Below, piece after piece: positions 8,491 through 18,896 of a DNA stretch of 64,000 nucleotides. The stretch is from Nitrospinaceae bacterium (GTDB lineage Bacteria > Nitrospinota > Nitrospinia > Nitrospinales > Nitrospinaceae): positions 1,664,001 to 1,728,000 of the forward strand of contig OZ250172.1 of NCBI GenBank assembly GCA_965237905.1, written 5' to 3'. Made by a program: the position numbers and the translations under genes. Numbering within the stretch: the stretch's first letter is position 1; every line of letters begins with the position of its first letter. The notes beneath the pieces are model-generated. The model was not told where the DNA came from and did no database searches. It worked only from the letters and a program-made list of their open reading frames with translations.

Positions 8491-10485
8491 ATGCCGCAAA
8501 TTATACAAGATTTAGCCCTCCTTTTGTTGGTTTCTTTGCCGATTAATGTGCTTTCCCATCGGATTCGCCTGCCCTCCATTATGGGATTTTTGATTGCCGG
8601 CATCTTGATTGGGCCCCACGGATTGGGAATGATTGGTAATCCTGCTTCAGTGGAAAACCTCGCTGAAATAGGGGTGATCCTGTTGCTGTTTATTATCGGT
8701 CTCGAGTTTTCAATTTCCCATCTGCTTAAAAATATGGCATCGATTACCGGAGCGGGTGTCCTGCAAATGGGTCTGACGATTGCGGCCTGGTATTTTATTC
8801 AAACGCATTACCTGGGAGACTCGGGATCGGTGGGCCTGGCGTTGGCCATGATCATTGCGCTCAGCAGTACCGCCATTGTTCTGAAGATGGTGACCGACCG
8901 TGCCGAACTGGATACCCTGCACGGCCGCACCTCCGTCGGCATCCTCCTGTTTCAGGACCTATGCGTCGTGCCTTTGATGTTGATGATCCCTTTGCTGGCC
9001 AACAGCGGAGAAACATCCGGCATGGATTTCGTCGCGGCCTTCGGTAAAGCTTTCGCCGCCGTGGCGGGAATCTTTTTTCTGTCCCGCCTGCTGGTTCCCC
9101 GATTTCTCGGCACCGTTGCGCGCATGGGAAGCAAGGAACACCTGACGCTTCTGGTGATTCTCATCATCCTGGGAACCGGATGGGTGTCGCACAAGCTGGG
9201 CTTGTCGCTGGCCATGGGCGCCTTTATCGCCGGACTGATCATCTCCGAGTCCGAGTACAGCCACCAGATCATCCTCGATATCCTGCCGCTGAGAGATTAC
9301 TTCAGCAGTATCTTTTTTATATCCATCGGTATGCTGTTGAACATCGGTAATTTTCTCGATGACTTTTCCACCATCCTGTTGCTCACTCTTGCCATCATCG
9401 TTTTAAAAATGGCCTCCGGTTTTCTCTCAGCAGTAGCGGTGGGAAATCCCGCGCGCATTTCTTTCATTGTCGGAATGCGCCTGGCTCAGGTTGGGGAGTT
9501 CTCTCTCATTCTTGCCGGCCTGGCCCTGGCTCAGGGACTGCTCACATCCAGCCACCACCAAATCTTTTTAAGTGTTTCGGTATTAACCATGCTGATCGCT
9601 CCGGTATTGATCCAGATTTCTTCTCCGGTATCCTATTTTCTTTTTTCCAAATGGGCTGGAGGGGGACCCCAGGAAGAACTGCCGGAACAACCGGGTGAAG
9701 AACTCAAAGCACATGTCATTATCGCAGGTTACGACGTCGTGGGCAGAAACCTGGCAAGAGTGCTCAAGGAAACCCACATCCCTTTCACGGTGGTGGAGTT
9801 GGATGGCGAGTTGATCAAACATGCGTTAACGGAGGAAGTGCCTATACTTTATGGAGACGCCAGCAACCGAGCCACGTTGGACCGGGCCGGAATCGCGCAG
9901 GCAAAAATTATCGTGTATTCCATACCCGATCATCAGGCCACCGGACAGTCGGTCCGGCTGGCGCGGACACTCAACCCGGATATCTTCATTATGGTGAAAA
10001 CCCGTTTCTCATCGCAGGTGGATGAGTTGAAGAAAGCCGGGGCTAATCAGGTCATCCCCGAAGAGTTTGAAACCTCCATTGAAATTTTTTCACGCGTGTT
10101 GAGGGAGTTTCGAATGCCCAACAACATCATCGAACAACAGGTGGAATTGGTTCGATTGGAAGGTTACGGGATGTTCCGGGGATTGTCTCTCAATATGGAA
10201 AGCATGCAGAATTTTTCCACCTACTTGACTGCGTCCCTCAGCCAATCGTATCAAGTTACAAAAGATTGCTGGTCTCACGGCAGGCAATTTGACCATTTGG
10301 AGCTGACCCGGAAAACCGGCGCCACGCTGATTGCTGTCGTACGCAACAACCATGCGGAACCCAATCCGCCCGGAGATTATCGTATCGAAACAGAGGATGT
10401 ACTCATTTTATTCGGACGGCACGCTCAAGTGGACCATGCGATGCGGCTACTGCGTTCAGGCCCTGGCGAAGCAACGACATCTTAA
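8491..10485 (+). CDS. CPA2-family cation:proton antiporter with TrkA-N and TrkA-C (RCK) domains
   Basis: SSTAIVLK, GILLFQDL, LAQVGEFSLIL, HVIIAGY, YGDA, C-terminal RCK_C region. Start set at ATG 8491. Confidence 0.92.
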   Translation: MPQIIQDLALLLLVSLPINVLSHRIRLPSIMGFLIAGILIGPHGLGMIGNPASVENLAEIGVILLLFIIGLEFSISHLLKNMASITGAGVLQMGLTIAAWYFIQTHYLGDSGSVGLALAMIIALSSTAIVLKMVTDRAELDTLHGRTSVGILLFQDLCVVPLMLMIPLLANSGETSGMDFVAAFGKAFAAVAGIFFLSRLLVPRFLGTVARMGSKEHLTLLVILIILGTGWVSHKLGLSLAMGAFIAGLIISESEYSHQIILDILPLRDYFSSIFFISIGMLLNIGNFLDDFSTILLLTLAIIVLKMASGFLSAVAVGNPARISFIVGMRLAQVGEFSLILAGLALAQGLLTSSHHQIFLSVSVLTMLIAPVLIQISSPVSYFLFSKWAGGGPQEELPEQPGEELKAHVIIAGYDVVGRNLARVLKETHIPFTVVELDGELIKHALTEEVPILYGDASNRATLDRAGIAQAKIIVYSIPDHQATGQSVRLARTLNPDIFIMVKTRFSSQVDELKKAGANQVIPEEFETSIEIFSRVLREFRMPNNIIEQQVELVRLEGYGMFRGLSLNMESMQNFSTYLTASLSQSYQVTKDCWSHGRQFDHLELTRKTGATLIAVVRNNHAEPNPPGDYRIETEDVLILFGRHAQVDHAMRLLRSGPGEATTS

Positions 10486-10525
10486 ACGGATCGGAAAAGT
10501 TGGAATCGGATAGAAAACGGTGGGG

Positions 10526-11167
10526 TTAAGCCGTCGTTCGCTGGGTGCCCGCTCCTTTTTGTGAAGCTTTTGCTTTCTTCATCGTGGAAGCAACGGACTT
10601 GATGGATCCACCCCGGCCGGCTCGGAACCGGGTTGGAATATGAGTGGGTAAAACAGGAAGCTGGCTCCCTTTAAAGTCAAACGCCTCTGTACGGGCAAAG
10701 GTGGCCAACAACTGGGCGGTATAATGCGCTTGAACAATATCTTCCATCGAGAAACAGTTGACTACCAGTTTTTTACCGCCGCCTTTAAGACCTTTCAAAA
10801 CCAGTTGCGGGATATACTGACCTCTTGCTCTACCCAACACATCCGCCATCACCGTGACTTTTTCCACCAGATTAAACGGAAGGATCTGGGATTTGCCGAA
10901 TTTGGTGATTCCGGACAGGTGAATTTTCCGGGTCCTGCCCGCCAATATAATGGTTGGCCTCCGCTTCAAGTACCATAACGTTCCCCACCACAATCCTCCG
11001 GTCAAGAGAACCCACCAAATGGCGGTACTGAATTCATAAGCGGAAAGAACAAAAGTGAGCAGAATCAGCCCTGCGCATTTGACGTACTTGACCATATCTT
11101 TCAATTCCTCGGTCACGCGAGTGGTCAAGAATACATCGGGATTTATATAATTGGTTTCAAGCGGCAT
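10526..11167 (-). CDS. Hypothetical membrane protein
   Basis: 213-aa ORF with two N-terminal TM segments. Confidence 0.65.
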   Translation of the reverse strand: MPLETNYINPDVFLTTRVTEELKDMVKYVKCAGLILLTFVLSAYEFSTAIWWVLLTGGLWWGTLWYLKRRPTIILAGRTRKIHLSGITKFGKSQILPFNLVEKVTVMADVLGRARGQYIPQLVLKGLKGGGKKLVVNCFSMEDIVQAHYTAQLLATFARTEAFDFKGSQLPVLPTHIPTRFRAGRGGSIKSVASTMKKAKASQKGAGTQRTTA

Positions 11168-11356
11168 AGTGGCAACAGATTTCCAGCATTTCTTAATAAA
11201 GGACTGAACGAAGGGTATCCTTTAAAGTTAAGTGATGCAATGGGGTTTGTCAAAGGGGTTTATCAAACAAACTTTGAGTGGTTTTCAATCCTTTGAAAAA
11301 CCCGGTATTTTATTGATTAGTTAGAGGTAATCCACTTCATATAATATAATAACTCT

Positions 11357-11896
11357 ATGAACTGTCCGGCGTGTCACCACGAATTGAAACTCCTGCAGAT
11401 TACGGGTGTTAAAGTGCATGCCTGTGAAGGCAGTTGCGGCGGTCTCTGGTTCGAGTGGAACCAGCTCAAAAAACTGAAGGACCGGAATGCGGCGGCAGGC
11501 GCCGAATTGCTCCACGTGGAACGGGCCGATGGTGTCCACGTTTTCAGGGATATTCAACATCCCTGCCCCAAATGCATACACACGTTGCTATACCGGCACT
11601 GTTTCAGCAAACCCTTCAATTATGAGGTCGACCAGTGCTCCAAGTGCGGTGGGTTCTGGCTGGATGTGGGTGCCCTGGCCCACCTGTCGCTGAAGTCGCC
11701 AACCGAATCGGATCAACAAACCGCAAAGGCGTATTTCAAAAGCCTGTTCGAGGAAAGTTTAAAGCCTGAAAACCTGACCCATCCGGATACCCAGGAAGCG
11801 GCACAAATCATTTACGATCTGTTCCGCTTCCTGACCCCGCAACCGCTGTTCCCGGCGGAGTACCTCCGCCTCCTACCCGGAGGGGGAACTAGCTGA
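11357..11896 (+). CDS. Double zinc-ribbon (zf-TFIIB-like) protein; last about 14 codons repeat-derived
   Basis: MNCPAC...CEGSCGGLWF and CPKC...VDQCSKCGGFWLD. Confidence 0.85.
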   Translation: MNCPACHHELKLLQITGVKVHACEGSCGGLWFEWNQLKKLKDRNAAAGAELLHVERADGVHVFRDIQHPCPKCIHTLLYRHCFSKPFNYEVDQCSKCGGFWLDVGALAHLSLKSPTESDQQTAKAYFKSLFEESLKPENLTHPDTQEAAQIIYDLFRFLTPQPLFPAEYLRLLPGGGTS

Positions 11897-11972
11897 CCGC
11901 TAGGGACTAAAGAGATTCGCTGAGCGCAATTCAGAAATTGGGTCCCGCGTGACGCTGGCCTCCGGGGAGGAG
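11855..11972 (-). repeat. Modular hairpin repeat (family A) overlapping the gene end
   Basis: GCGGAGTACCTCCGC hairpin, CTCCTACCCGGAGGGGGAACTAGCTGACCG, TGAGCGCAATT, CCCGCGTGACGCTGG. Confidence 0.85.
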
Positions 11973-12332
11973 CTGGGGGATCAAATATTGAATGATCTAA
12001 ATCGCCGCCTCTTCTCTCTAAAGCCTTAAAATTCATCGCTGTGGAGCCTCTTGCCAACGGACACAACCCCTAATATTGATATCCAATTAATTGGGTAATA
12101 TCAGGAAAATCAAAGGTATAAAAAATACCCCTGTTGGGGTATTGTATGAGGTCGATTTGAGCGATACCCTTACATCATACATTTACCCCAGGCACTGTAA
12201 ATATACTTCTTTTGATTGGGTCCGTAGATTGCTTGCTTTTATTATGACCTGAGATTTGAATATTAGTTGTGATTTAAGAACTCAAAAGCTGAAATTTCAT
12301 TTCAATGATATTAGAAATTATCTGAATGGGAC

Positions 12333-13649
12333 ATGAGTATGAAAGCAGAAAATAAAAACAACTCTCACTTTACCCCCTCGCTCCGGAACGAATCCGGGAT
12401 CGCGATGATTTCGGCTCTGCTGCTCCTGGTTGTTATGGTTGCCATGGCGCCTATGGCCGTAAGATTGACAATGGGAGAAATAAACCGGGTTAATGAGTTC
12501 AAGGGAAGCAAGCAAGCGTTTTTTGTCGCCGAGGCGGGATTGGAACATGCCAAACTCTTGATCGAACAAAGTTCCACGGAAGCGGCTCTGTTCGGTCCGG
12601 ACGACGTTGTATCCGCAACGCCCGGTGATTCCGTCAATGACGATAACGGCACTTTCGGCGCCGGAACCTTGTTCACCGGAACCGATGGCAATGTCTACGA
12701 CGAAGTGGCCTTCAACGGCAGTACCTATTATATCCGCGCCTATGACAACGATGATGGTGATGGCGACCCGACGACTGATGCCGATAACCTCATTATGGTG
12801 TCCGCTGTGGGCGTTGTTGATGGCAACACCAGCACGGTGGAAGCTACCATTTATAGTCCTCCCGGAGTAGTAAATGCGGTCACAACCAACGGAAATCTCA
12901 ACATATCAAATCACTCTGACATACTTGGAGATTGTAGCGACATTCATGCCAATGGCGATTTGGATATTACGGGGGGGGTGACTATGGATGGGATTGGCAC
13001 CGCTACCGGAACCTACCAGTACGCCGGTTCAACCGTTTCTACGGGTGATCACGATATTGATGTCCCCTTTCTTGATCCCACTCAATATGAACAATATGCG
13101 GACTACAAACTCGCCGCAGACAGCAATGTCTATGACGCCAATGGTAACTTTGTCTCAAGTTCGCCCTGGAACGGTTGGAATCATTCAGGTTCCAAATGGT
13201 CCTTGTCCGACGACTTTCCCGCAGACGTGTCGCTCTATGTGGAAGGGGACGTCCAGATATCAAATAACCCGACTGGACCATGGGCGGTAACCATTATCGC
13301 CACAGGCTACATTGATGTCTCCAGTGGTAATGGCGAGTTCATAAACAAAAAGAATCCTTCCGATCCGGAAGAAATTCAAAATATATTTATGCTGGCGGGA
13401 ACCGATCTTAAGTTCAAAGGTAACAATATTCATACCATCGAGGGTCTGTTCTATGCCAAGGAACAAATAGACATGAGCGGGGATACCCGTATTGAGGGAG
13501 CCGTCATGGCCTATAATGGCTCTGCGTCAGAAAGTTTGGTAACTGCAAACAAGATCCGTGATGATGTCGCTATTACATATGGTTGTGGTTTGGTCGTACC
13601 GGGACTCTTGGGGCAAGTGAACGTAGTTTCGTGGAACGAGATAAACTGA
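12333..13649 (+). CDS. PilX-like N-terminus protein with C-terminal beta-rich adhesin-like region
   Basis: Prepilin-like NESG/IAMISALLLLVVM and QAFFVAEAGLEHA. Asp/Gly-rich C-terminal region ending VVSWNEIN. Confidence 0.75.
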   Translation: MSMKAENKNNSHFTPSLRNESGIAMISALLLLVVMVAMAPMAVRLTMGEINRVNEFKGSKQAFFVAEAGLEHAKLLIEQSSTEAALFGPDDVVSATPGDSVNDDNGTFGAGTLFTGTDGNVYDEVAFNGSTYYIRAYDNDDGDGDPTTDADNLIMVSAVGVVDGNTSTVEATIYSPPGVVNAVTTNGNLNISNHSDILGDCSDIHANGDLDITGGVTMDGIGTATGTYQYAGSTVSTGDHDIDVPFLDPTQYEQYADYKLAADSNVYDANGNFVSSSPWNGWNHSGSKWSLSDDFPADVSLYVEGDVQISNNPTGPWAVTIIATGYIDVSSGNGEFINKKNPSDPEEIQNIFMLAGTDLKFKGNNIHTIEGLFYAKEQIDMSGDTRIEGAVMAYNGSASESLVTANKIRDDVAITYGCGLVVPGLLGQVNVVSWNEIN

Positions 13650-13726
13650 TTCGTACCCGCGAAATTCCGGCCCAATAAAAATGGCACAGCCGTTTGGGGC
13701 TGTGACCACGGACCGGAATAGGCATA

Positions 13727-14122
13727 ATCCCCCCCGTCCCCCCTTTACAAGGGGGGCTCAAAATCCTGTTCATCCTGCTGATCCCGTTATCCTGTCAAAG
13801 CCCCCGGTCCCTTCTTCGACAAGATCAAGACAGGCTGGCCCTGTTCCTCAGAATGACAAACCGTTTCCCCCTCCTTGAAAAGGAGGGGTTAGGGGTGGTT
13901 GATATCAACCCCTCCCAGCCTCCCCTTAAAAAGGGGAGGAGTATCTGGTTTTCTCCGTGCCCTCTGTGGCCGGGCAAGGCCCGGAGCAAATTTGGGTCCA
14001 GCGGTCACACTGGCCTCCGGGTAGAAAGCGGAGTACCTTCGCAAGTCACTTGAAGCCCTTGATCGCGCCCGGCGAATCTCTTTTGGCGGTAACGGTCAGC
14101 CAGCTCCCCTTCCGGGTAGGAG
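13727..14122. repeat. Mosaic cluster of several REP-like repeat families
   Basis: CCCCTCCTTGAAAAGGAGGGG-type hairpins, AATCCTGTTCATCCTG...ATCCTGTCAAA, CTCAGAATGACA, CTCCGTGCCCTCTGTGG, plus a family A copy at 13969-14122. Confidence 0.85.
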
Positions 14123-14228
14123 CAAATTTTGCCCGATGGGTATTTCTTGCCCGATGATCCCAGGGAACAAACTTCTACCTCCCACCATAACGCACAAAAA
14201 ATCAATAATTTGAAAGATAACTTTTGTT

Positions 14229-14244
14229 TGGCACAGGGCTTGCT
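14229..14244 (+). promoter_or_regulatory. Sigma54 (-24/-12) promoter of fliK-flgD-flgE
   Basis: TGGCAC-AGGGC-TTGCT, exact consensus spacing, about 60 nt before fliK. Confidence 0.85.
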
Positions 14245-14305
14245 CCCTATAAGTCGAATCATTACTCGAATTGTGTGTTTTGATCAATTTTAAGGGAATC
14301 AGTCA

Positions 14306-15970
14306 GTGGTAAATGGAAACAACATTCTAAGCGCAATCCTGGATATCCCGGTCAAACCGGAGCCGTCTTTCCAAGTGTCCCATTTGGAACAGAGCGCCAG
14401 TGAACGGTTTGACCACGTGTTCCAGGCCCGGACGGATTCCCATCAAAACGAGGCTCCTCCGGCTTCATCGCAATCCTTTGAAGCCAGGGAACGCCCGGCT
14501 CCAGAGCATCCAGCTCCGGTTGCAAGAGATGAACACACTCCTCCGCCGCACGCTGAGGATCAACACAACGATTCACGTCCCGTAACCCCGGACAGTGAAC
14601 GGCGAGGTCCGGCTCCATCGCATGTTGATGAGCCGACATCCAAAGCACCCATCAACCCCTTTGCATTACCGCTGGAACGATTGGAGCGGGATTTGAACGC
14701 GACCGATAGCGCTCCGGGTTTGGTTGGTAACACGAATCAAGCCGCGACCGATGTGTTGGCAGGCCTTTTTGATTCTCAGGGTTTGAATCTTGCGGAAACT
14801 CATGGTTTGAACACAGAGGGATCCCCGGCCATCGATATGCTTAAGGAATTGCTGGCGAGTTTGAATATCGATTCGGAAACCATCGACACACTGATCGAAG
14901 CATTGAATAACGGAGACGCGGCGGGCGTGCAAGGCATCCTCAACGCCCTGCGCGGTTTACTCCAGGCGTCTAATCAGGTGGCTCAGGCCCCTGTGGCGGA
15001 ACTCGTTGCTGAAGTTGCGGCGAACCGGTTGAACCAACCGGAACAACGGGCATTGGCCCTCCTGCAACGTGCCGGATTGACGCAGGAAGAAGCGCAACAG
15101 GTGATCCAACAAGTACGCGCCGGTACCACCGCACAACCCGCCACTGACAACTCAACGCAACTGGCAAAAACCGCCATTGATGCCATCGCGTCCAAACTGA
15201 ATTCAGAAAACTCCAACGGCTCCGGGAATCTGCAAAACGGCGACTCCAGTGGTTCCGCCAAAAATGCTTCTGAAGGCCCGCGCAATTTTACGGGACTGGC
15301 GGCGGAGCGGCTGGAAACACTGGCTTCTCTGATTGCACCGGATAAAGCCGGCAACGCGCAAACCAATCCGTTGATTGCAAAACTGTCCGCATCTCCCTTG
15401 TTGAATCTGAACGCATCCGGGCAACCGGCTCAGGGTGTTCTGGCAGAGGGGACGCAGGCTTCCGCAGCGGTAGCCGACGCGGCCTCCAAGGGTGTGGAAT
15501 TTGTGAAACTGGCGGTGACGGAAACGTACAACGGACGAGCATCGATGGATAAGCCCATCACTGCACAGATCATCGAAAAATTCAGCCTGCGGGGTTTTGG
15601 CAATCAGAGGGAAGTGCATATCAAACTGGACCCTCCCTCTCTTGGAACCATTCGCATGAATGTATCGACCAACGGTGAAACCGTGCGTGCCACGATCGTC
15701 GCGGAAAACAGTGTTGTGAAATCAATCATTGAAAACAATTTATCGCAGTTGAAAGACTCTATCACCCATCAGGGCGTCAAGATTGACAGTTTCAACGTAC
15801 TGGTGGGCGGCAATGCCAGCCATTCGGCGGAAGGACATAAATCCGCTTTGGGTTATCTTGGACAATTGGGACGGGAAGGGTCTATGGCCCATGAACAAGC
15901 AGAAGAAGTAGTGACTTTGCACCGACCCATTTTTTTGAATGAAAACCAATCCTTCAGCATCTTCGCCTGA
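14306..15970 (+). CDS. fliK: Flagellar hook-length control protein
   Basis: Low-complexity N-terminus, C-terminal IKLDPPSLGTIRMNV...VKSIIENNLSQLKDSI, directly upstream of flgD. Confidence 0.88.
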   Translation: MVNGNNILSAILDIPVKPEPSFQVSHLEQSASERFDHVFQARTDSHQNEAPPASSQSFEARERPAPEHPAPVARDEHTPPPHAEDQHNDSRPVTPDSERRGPAPSHVDEPTSKAPINPFALPLERLERDLNATDSAPGLVGNTNQAATDVLAGLFDSQGLNLAETHGLNTEGSPAIDMLKELLASLNIDSETIDTLIEALNNGDAAGVQGILNALRGLLQASNQVAQAPVAELVAEVAANRLNQPEQRALALLQRAGLTQEEAQQVIQQVRAGTTAQPATDNSTQLAKTAIDAIASKLNSENSNGSGNLQNGDSSGSAKNASEGPRNFTGLAAERLETLASLIAPDKAGNAQTNPLIAKLSASPLLNLNASGQPAQGVLAEGTQASAAVADAASKGVEFVKLAVTETYNGRASMDKPITAQIIEKFSLRGFGNQREVHIKLDPPSLGTIRMNVSTNGETVRATIVAENSVVKSIIENNLSQLKDSITHQGVKIDSFNVLVGGNASHSAEGHKSALGYLGQLGREGSMAHEQAEEVVTLHRPIFLNENQSFSIFA

Positions 15971-16011
15971 CGGAATTGGAGACAATAAAGTTTTAGCAGG
16001 AGGCAGGACTC

Positions 16012-16671
16012 ATGATTGAAGGAATTATACCCAGCGCAGGATCAACCTCGTCAACCACCCCAACAAGTGCGCAATCGCCGTTGGGTAAGGAGGATTTCCT
16101 CCAGTTGCTGGTGGCCCAGCTCAGCGCTCAGGATCCGTTGAATCCAATGGACAGCCGTGAGTTCAGCGCTCAGTTGGCCCAGTTCAGCGCCCTGGAGCAG
16201 ATGACCAACATCAACACCACTTTGGAAGACCTGGTCAAGGCGCAACAGGCTATGGGTAATTCCTCGCTGATCAGCCTCATCGGCAAACTCGTCGACATCC
16301 CCGGCGATTCGTTTGAGCATACGCAGGGGAAGACGACCAACCTGACGTATAGCCTCAATGCGGAAGCCAGCACGACGAAAATTGAAATCTATAACAGCAC
16401 TGGAGCCCTTGTGAACACCCTCAACGGTCCCGGCGCGAAAGGCGGCAACCTGACCATTTGGAACGGACTCGACAGCCAGGGCAACCCTGTCGGTTCCGGG
16501 TTCTACACCTTTAAGGTTCAAGCAACGGATGCCGCAGGGAAAGTCGTCACTGCCGAGACATTCACCACCGGCTTGGTAACCGACGTGCTGTTTGAGGAAA
16601 ACGAAGCGTTCGCTGTGGTCAACGGTCAGAAACTGCCCGCTGAACAAATTACGAGAGTATCCATCAACTAA
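16012..16671 (+). CDS. flgD: Flagellar hook capping protein
   Basis: [24 protein letters not shown]...[12 protein letters not shown]. Confidence 0.96.
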   Translation: MIEGIIPSAGSTSSTTPTSAQSPLGKEDFLQLLVAQLSAQDPLNPMDSREFSAQLAQFSALEQMTNINTTLEDLVKAQQAMGNSSLISLIGKLVDIPGDSFEHTQGKTTNLTYSLNAEASTTKIEIYNSTGALVNTLNGPGAKGGNLTIWNGLDSQGNPVGSGFYTFKVQATDAAGKVVTAETFTTGLVTDVLFEENEAFAVVNGQKLPAEQITRVSIN

Positions 16672-16688
16672 GAAGCAGGAGAAAGGTT

Positions 16689-17945
16689 ATGTCACTTATA
16701 GGAACACTAACAACGGGCGTTTCGGGAGTTTTAACCAATTCCCGCGCACTGAATATCATTGGGGATAACATTTCCAACGTCAATACCACAGGATTTAAAA
16801 GCAGTAAGGCTGTTTTTGGCGACTTGTTCAGCACTTCGCTGTCCGGTGGCACCCTGACTTCGCAGGTGGGCAAGGGCGCTCAGTTACTGGGTTCCCTCCA
16901 ATCGTTCGAGCAGGGAGCCTTCGAAAATTCCACCAGCGCTTTGGACCTCGCTATTGACGGCAACGGATTTTTCATCGTCAACGACGGCACCGGCAACTTT
17001 TACACCCGCGCAGGGCAATTCCGCATAAACGAAAACGGATTGGTAGAAACCCTCACCGGTGAAGTCCTGCAAGGATTTCAAATTACCAATAATGTGGTGG
17101 GCACGACGCTGACGGATGTCAGTTTGACCGGCCTTCAATCCTCGCCCCAGGTCACGACGGCATTTATCCTGGGCGCGCAGTTGGACGGTTCGGAGGTAGC
17201 CGGGTTTACCTTCAACTCACCCATCCAGATTTTCAACTCGGTGGGTAGCCAGGATATTTTGAATGTCCAATTCACCAAGGTAGCCACTGCGGGTAATGAC
17301 TGGACCGTCGCAATCACGTCCTCCATCGGAGTTGTCGCGTCCACGGTCCCAGCTGGACCTTTAACGCTAAACTTTGACACTGCGGGTCAGCTGACAGGAA
17401 TCAACGGCGGCGCCTTGTCGGATGTGACAATCAACCTCACTTATATTGCATCCGCGCCTCCGGCCGCGGCCCAAGCCGTAGTCTGGGATTTGGCAGACGC
17501 TTCCCTCGTCCCCGTCAGCAATGGTGATATGACCGCGTTTGCCACGAGTTCGAGCAACAACTCGGTGATTCAGGACGGATTCGGGTCCGGTATCCTGATC
17601 GGCGTGGCGGTGGATTTCGATGGCACGGTTGCCGGATTATTCGACAACGGTCAATCGCAACCGCTGTTCCAGCTGGGTCTGGCGAACTTTTTGGCGCCGA
17701 CCGGTTTGACGCGGTTGGGACAAAACCTGTTCGGCGAGTCGCGCCTGTCGGGTCAGCCGATTATCTCCCTGCCGGAAACCGGGGCTTTTGGTTCCGTGCT
17801 GGGCAACACGTTGGAATTATCGAACGTGGACCTGGCCGAACAGTTCGTGCAATTGATCAAAACCCAGCAGGCCTTCCAGGCCAGCGCACGAATCATCAGC
17901 ACCACGGATGACTTGCTTACGGAAACGGTGAACCTGACGCGTTAA
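16689..17945 (+). CDS. flgE: Flagellar hook protein
   Basis: IGDNISNVNTTGFK, DLAIDGNGFF, YTRAGQF, LELSNVDLAEQFVQLIKTQQAFQASAR. Confidence 0.95.
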   Translation: MSLIGTLTTGVSGVLTNSRALNIIGDNISNVNTTGFKSSKAVFGDLFSTSLSGGTLTSQVGKGAQLLGSLQSFEQGAFENSTSALDLAIDGNGFFIVNDGTGNFYTRAGQFRINENGLVETLTGEVLQGFQITNNVVGTTLTDVSLTGLQSSPQVTTAFILGAQLDGSEVAGFTFNSPIQIFNSVGSQDILNVQFTKVATAGNDWTVAITSSIGVVASTVPAGPLTLNFDTAGQLTGINGGALSDVTINLTYIASAPPAAAQAVVWDLADASLVPVSNGDMTAFATSSSNNSVIQDGFGSGILIGVAVDFDGTVAGLFDNGQSQPLFQLGLANFLAPTGLTRLGQNLFGESRLSGQPIISLPETGAFGSVLGNTLELSNVDLAEQFVQLIKTQQAFQASARIISTTDDLLTETVNLTR

Positions 17946-17965
17946 TCGTCAACCTCACCAAATTT

Positions 17966-17996
17966 AAAACCCGGACCCCAGGGTCCGGGTTTTTTT
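17966..17996. terminator. Bidirectional terminator
   Basis: AAAACCCGGACCC-CA-GGGTCCGGGTTTT between convergent genes. Confidence 0.85.
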
Positions 17997-18825
17997 ATTG
18001 GGCGCAGCGGAAACCCTGCCAGACTTTGAAGACGTTGGGGTGTTCGTTGAGGCGATATGTGGTGCGCATGTAGTAGGCTTTGTAGTACCAATTGCCGCCG
18101 CGCAGGACTTTGCTGATTCCCGTTTCCGGGCCTTGCGGATCTTTTGCGGGCGAATGCTCGTAATAACTGTCTTCATACCAGTCCGCCGTCCATTCCCACG
18201 CGTTACCTGCCATGTGATGCACACCGTAGGGAGACTGTCCTGCGGGCAGGGTGTCGACCGGTTTCATGGCATCGAATCCGTATTTGGAAAACTTTCGGCG
18301 AAACGTGACGAAATCGTTGTGAGGAAATTGGTTGCCCCAGGGAAAAACCCTTTCATCGGTCCCGCGTGCGGCTTTTTCCCATTCGGCTTCGGTCGGCAGG
18401 CGCTGGCCCAGCGAACGGCAATAGGCATCGGCCCCATACCAGGACACCCGATTGGCAGGATGCTTCTCCAATCCCGGCCGTGGACGATACATGCCATCTA
18501 CTTTTTCGATGGTGACGGCGGTTCCCATTTCGATGTAGCGCTCTGCCTCATCGGAATGGGCGTTTAAAAAGTCAGCGAAGTCTTGAGCGGTCACCTCATA
18601 ACGATCGATGAAATATTCGCTGAGAGTGACTTCGTGGACTGGCTCTTCGTCGGTATCGCCCCACTCGTGTTCGTTTTCGATGACCGCACCCATGAGAAAG
18701 GGTCCGGCGGGAATACGCACCTTATTCTCACTCGAGGGCTGTGTCGGAGTTACTCCGTCACAACTCCAACTCCCGAGACAGAGCACGCATAAAATAAATA
18801 GTTTCCCGGATTCAATGATATTCAT
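17995..18825 (-). CDS. Formylglycine-generating enzyme (FGE/SUMF1) domain protein, probably exported or lipoprotein
   Basis: IPAGPFLMG, RLPTEAEWEKAARG, FPWG, MAGNAWEW, RGG, GFRC. Confidence 0.9.
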   Translation of the reverse strand: MNIIESGKLFILCVLCLGSWSCDGVTPTQPSSENKVRIPAGPFLMGAVIENEHEWGDTDEEPVHEVTLSEYFIDRYEVTAQDFADFLNAHSDEAERYIEMGTAVTIEKVDGMYRPRPGLEKHPANRVSWYGADAYCRSLGQRLPTEAEWEKAARGTDERVFPWGNQFPHNDFVTFRRKFSKYGFDAMKPVDTLPAGQSPYGVHHMAGNAWEWTADWYEDSYYEHSPAKDPQGPETGISKVLRGGNWYYKAYYMRTTYRLNEHPNVFKVWQGFRCAQ

Positions 18826-18896
18826 TTGAACAATAGACCGGTAATTTATGGATCAAAGTAGGAAAAGATTGTAACAGGAAAGAAAGCGTGGAGAAA

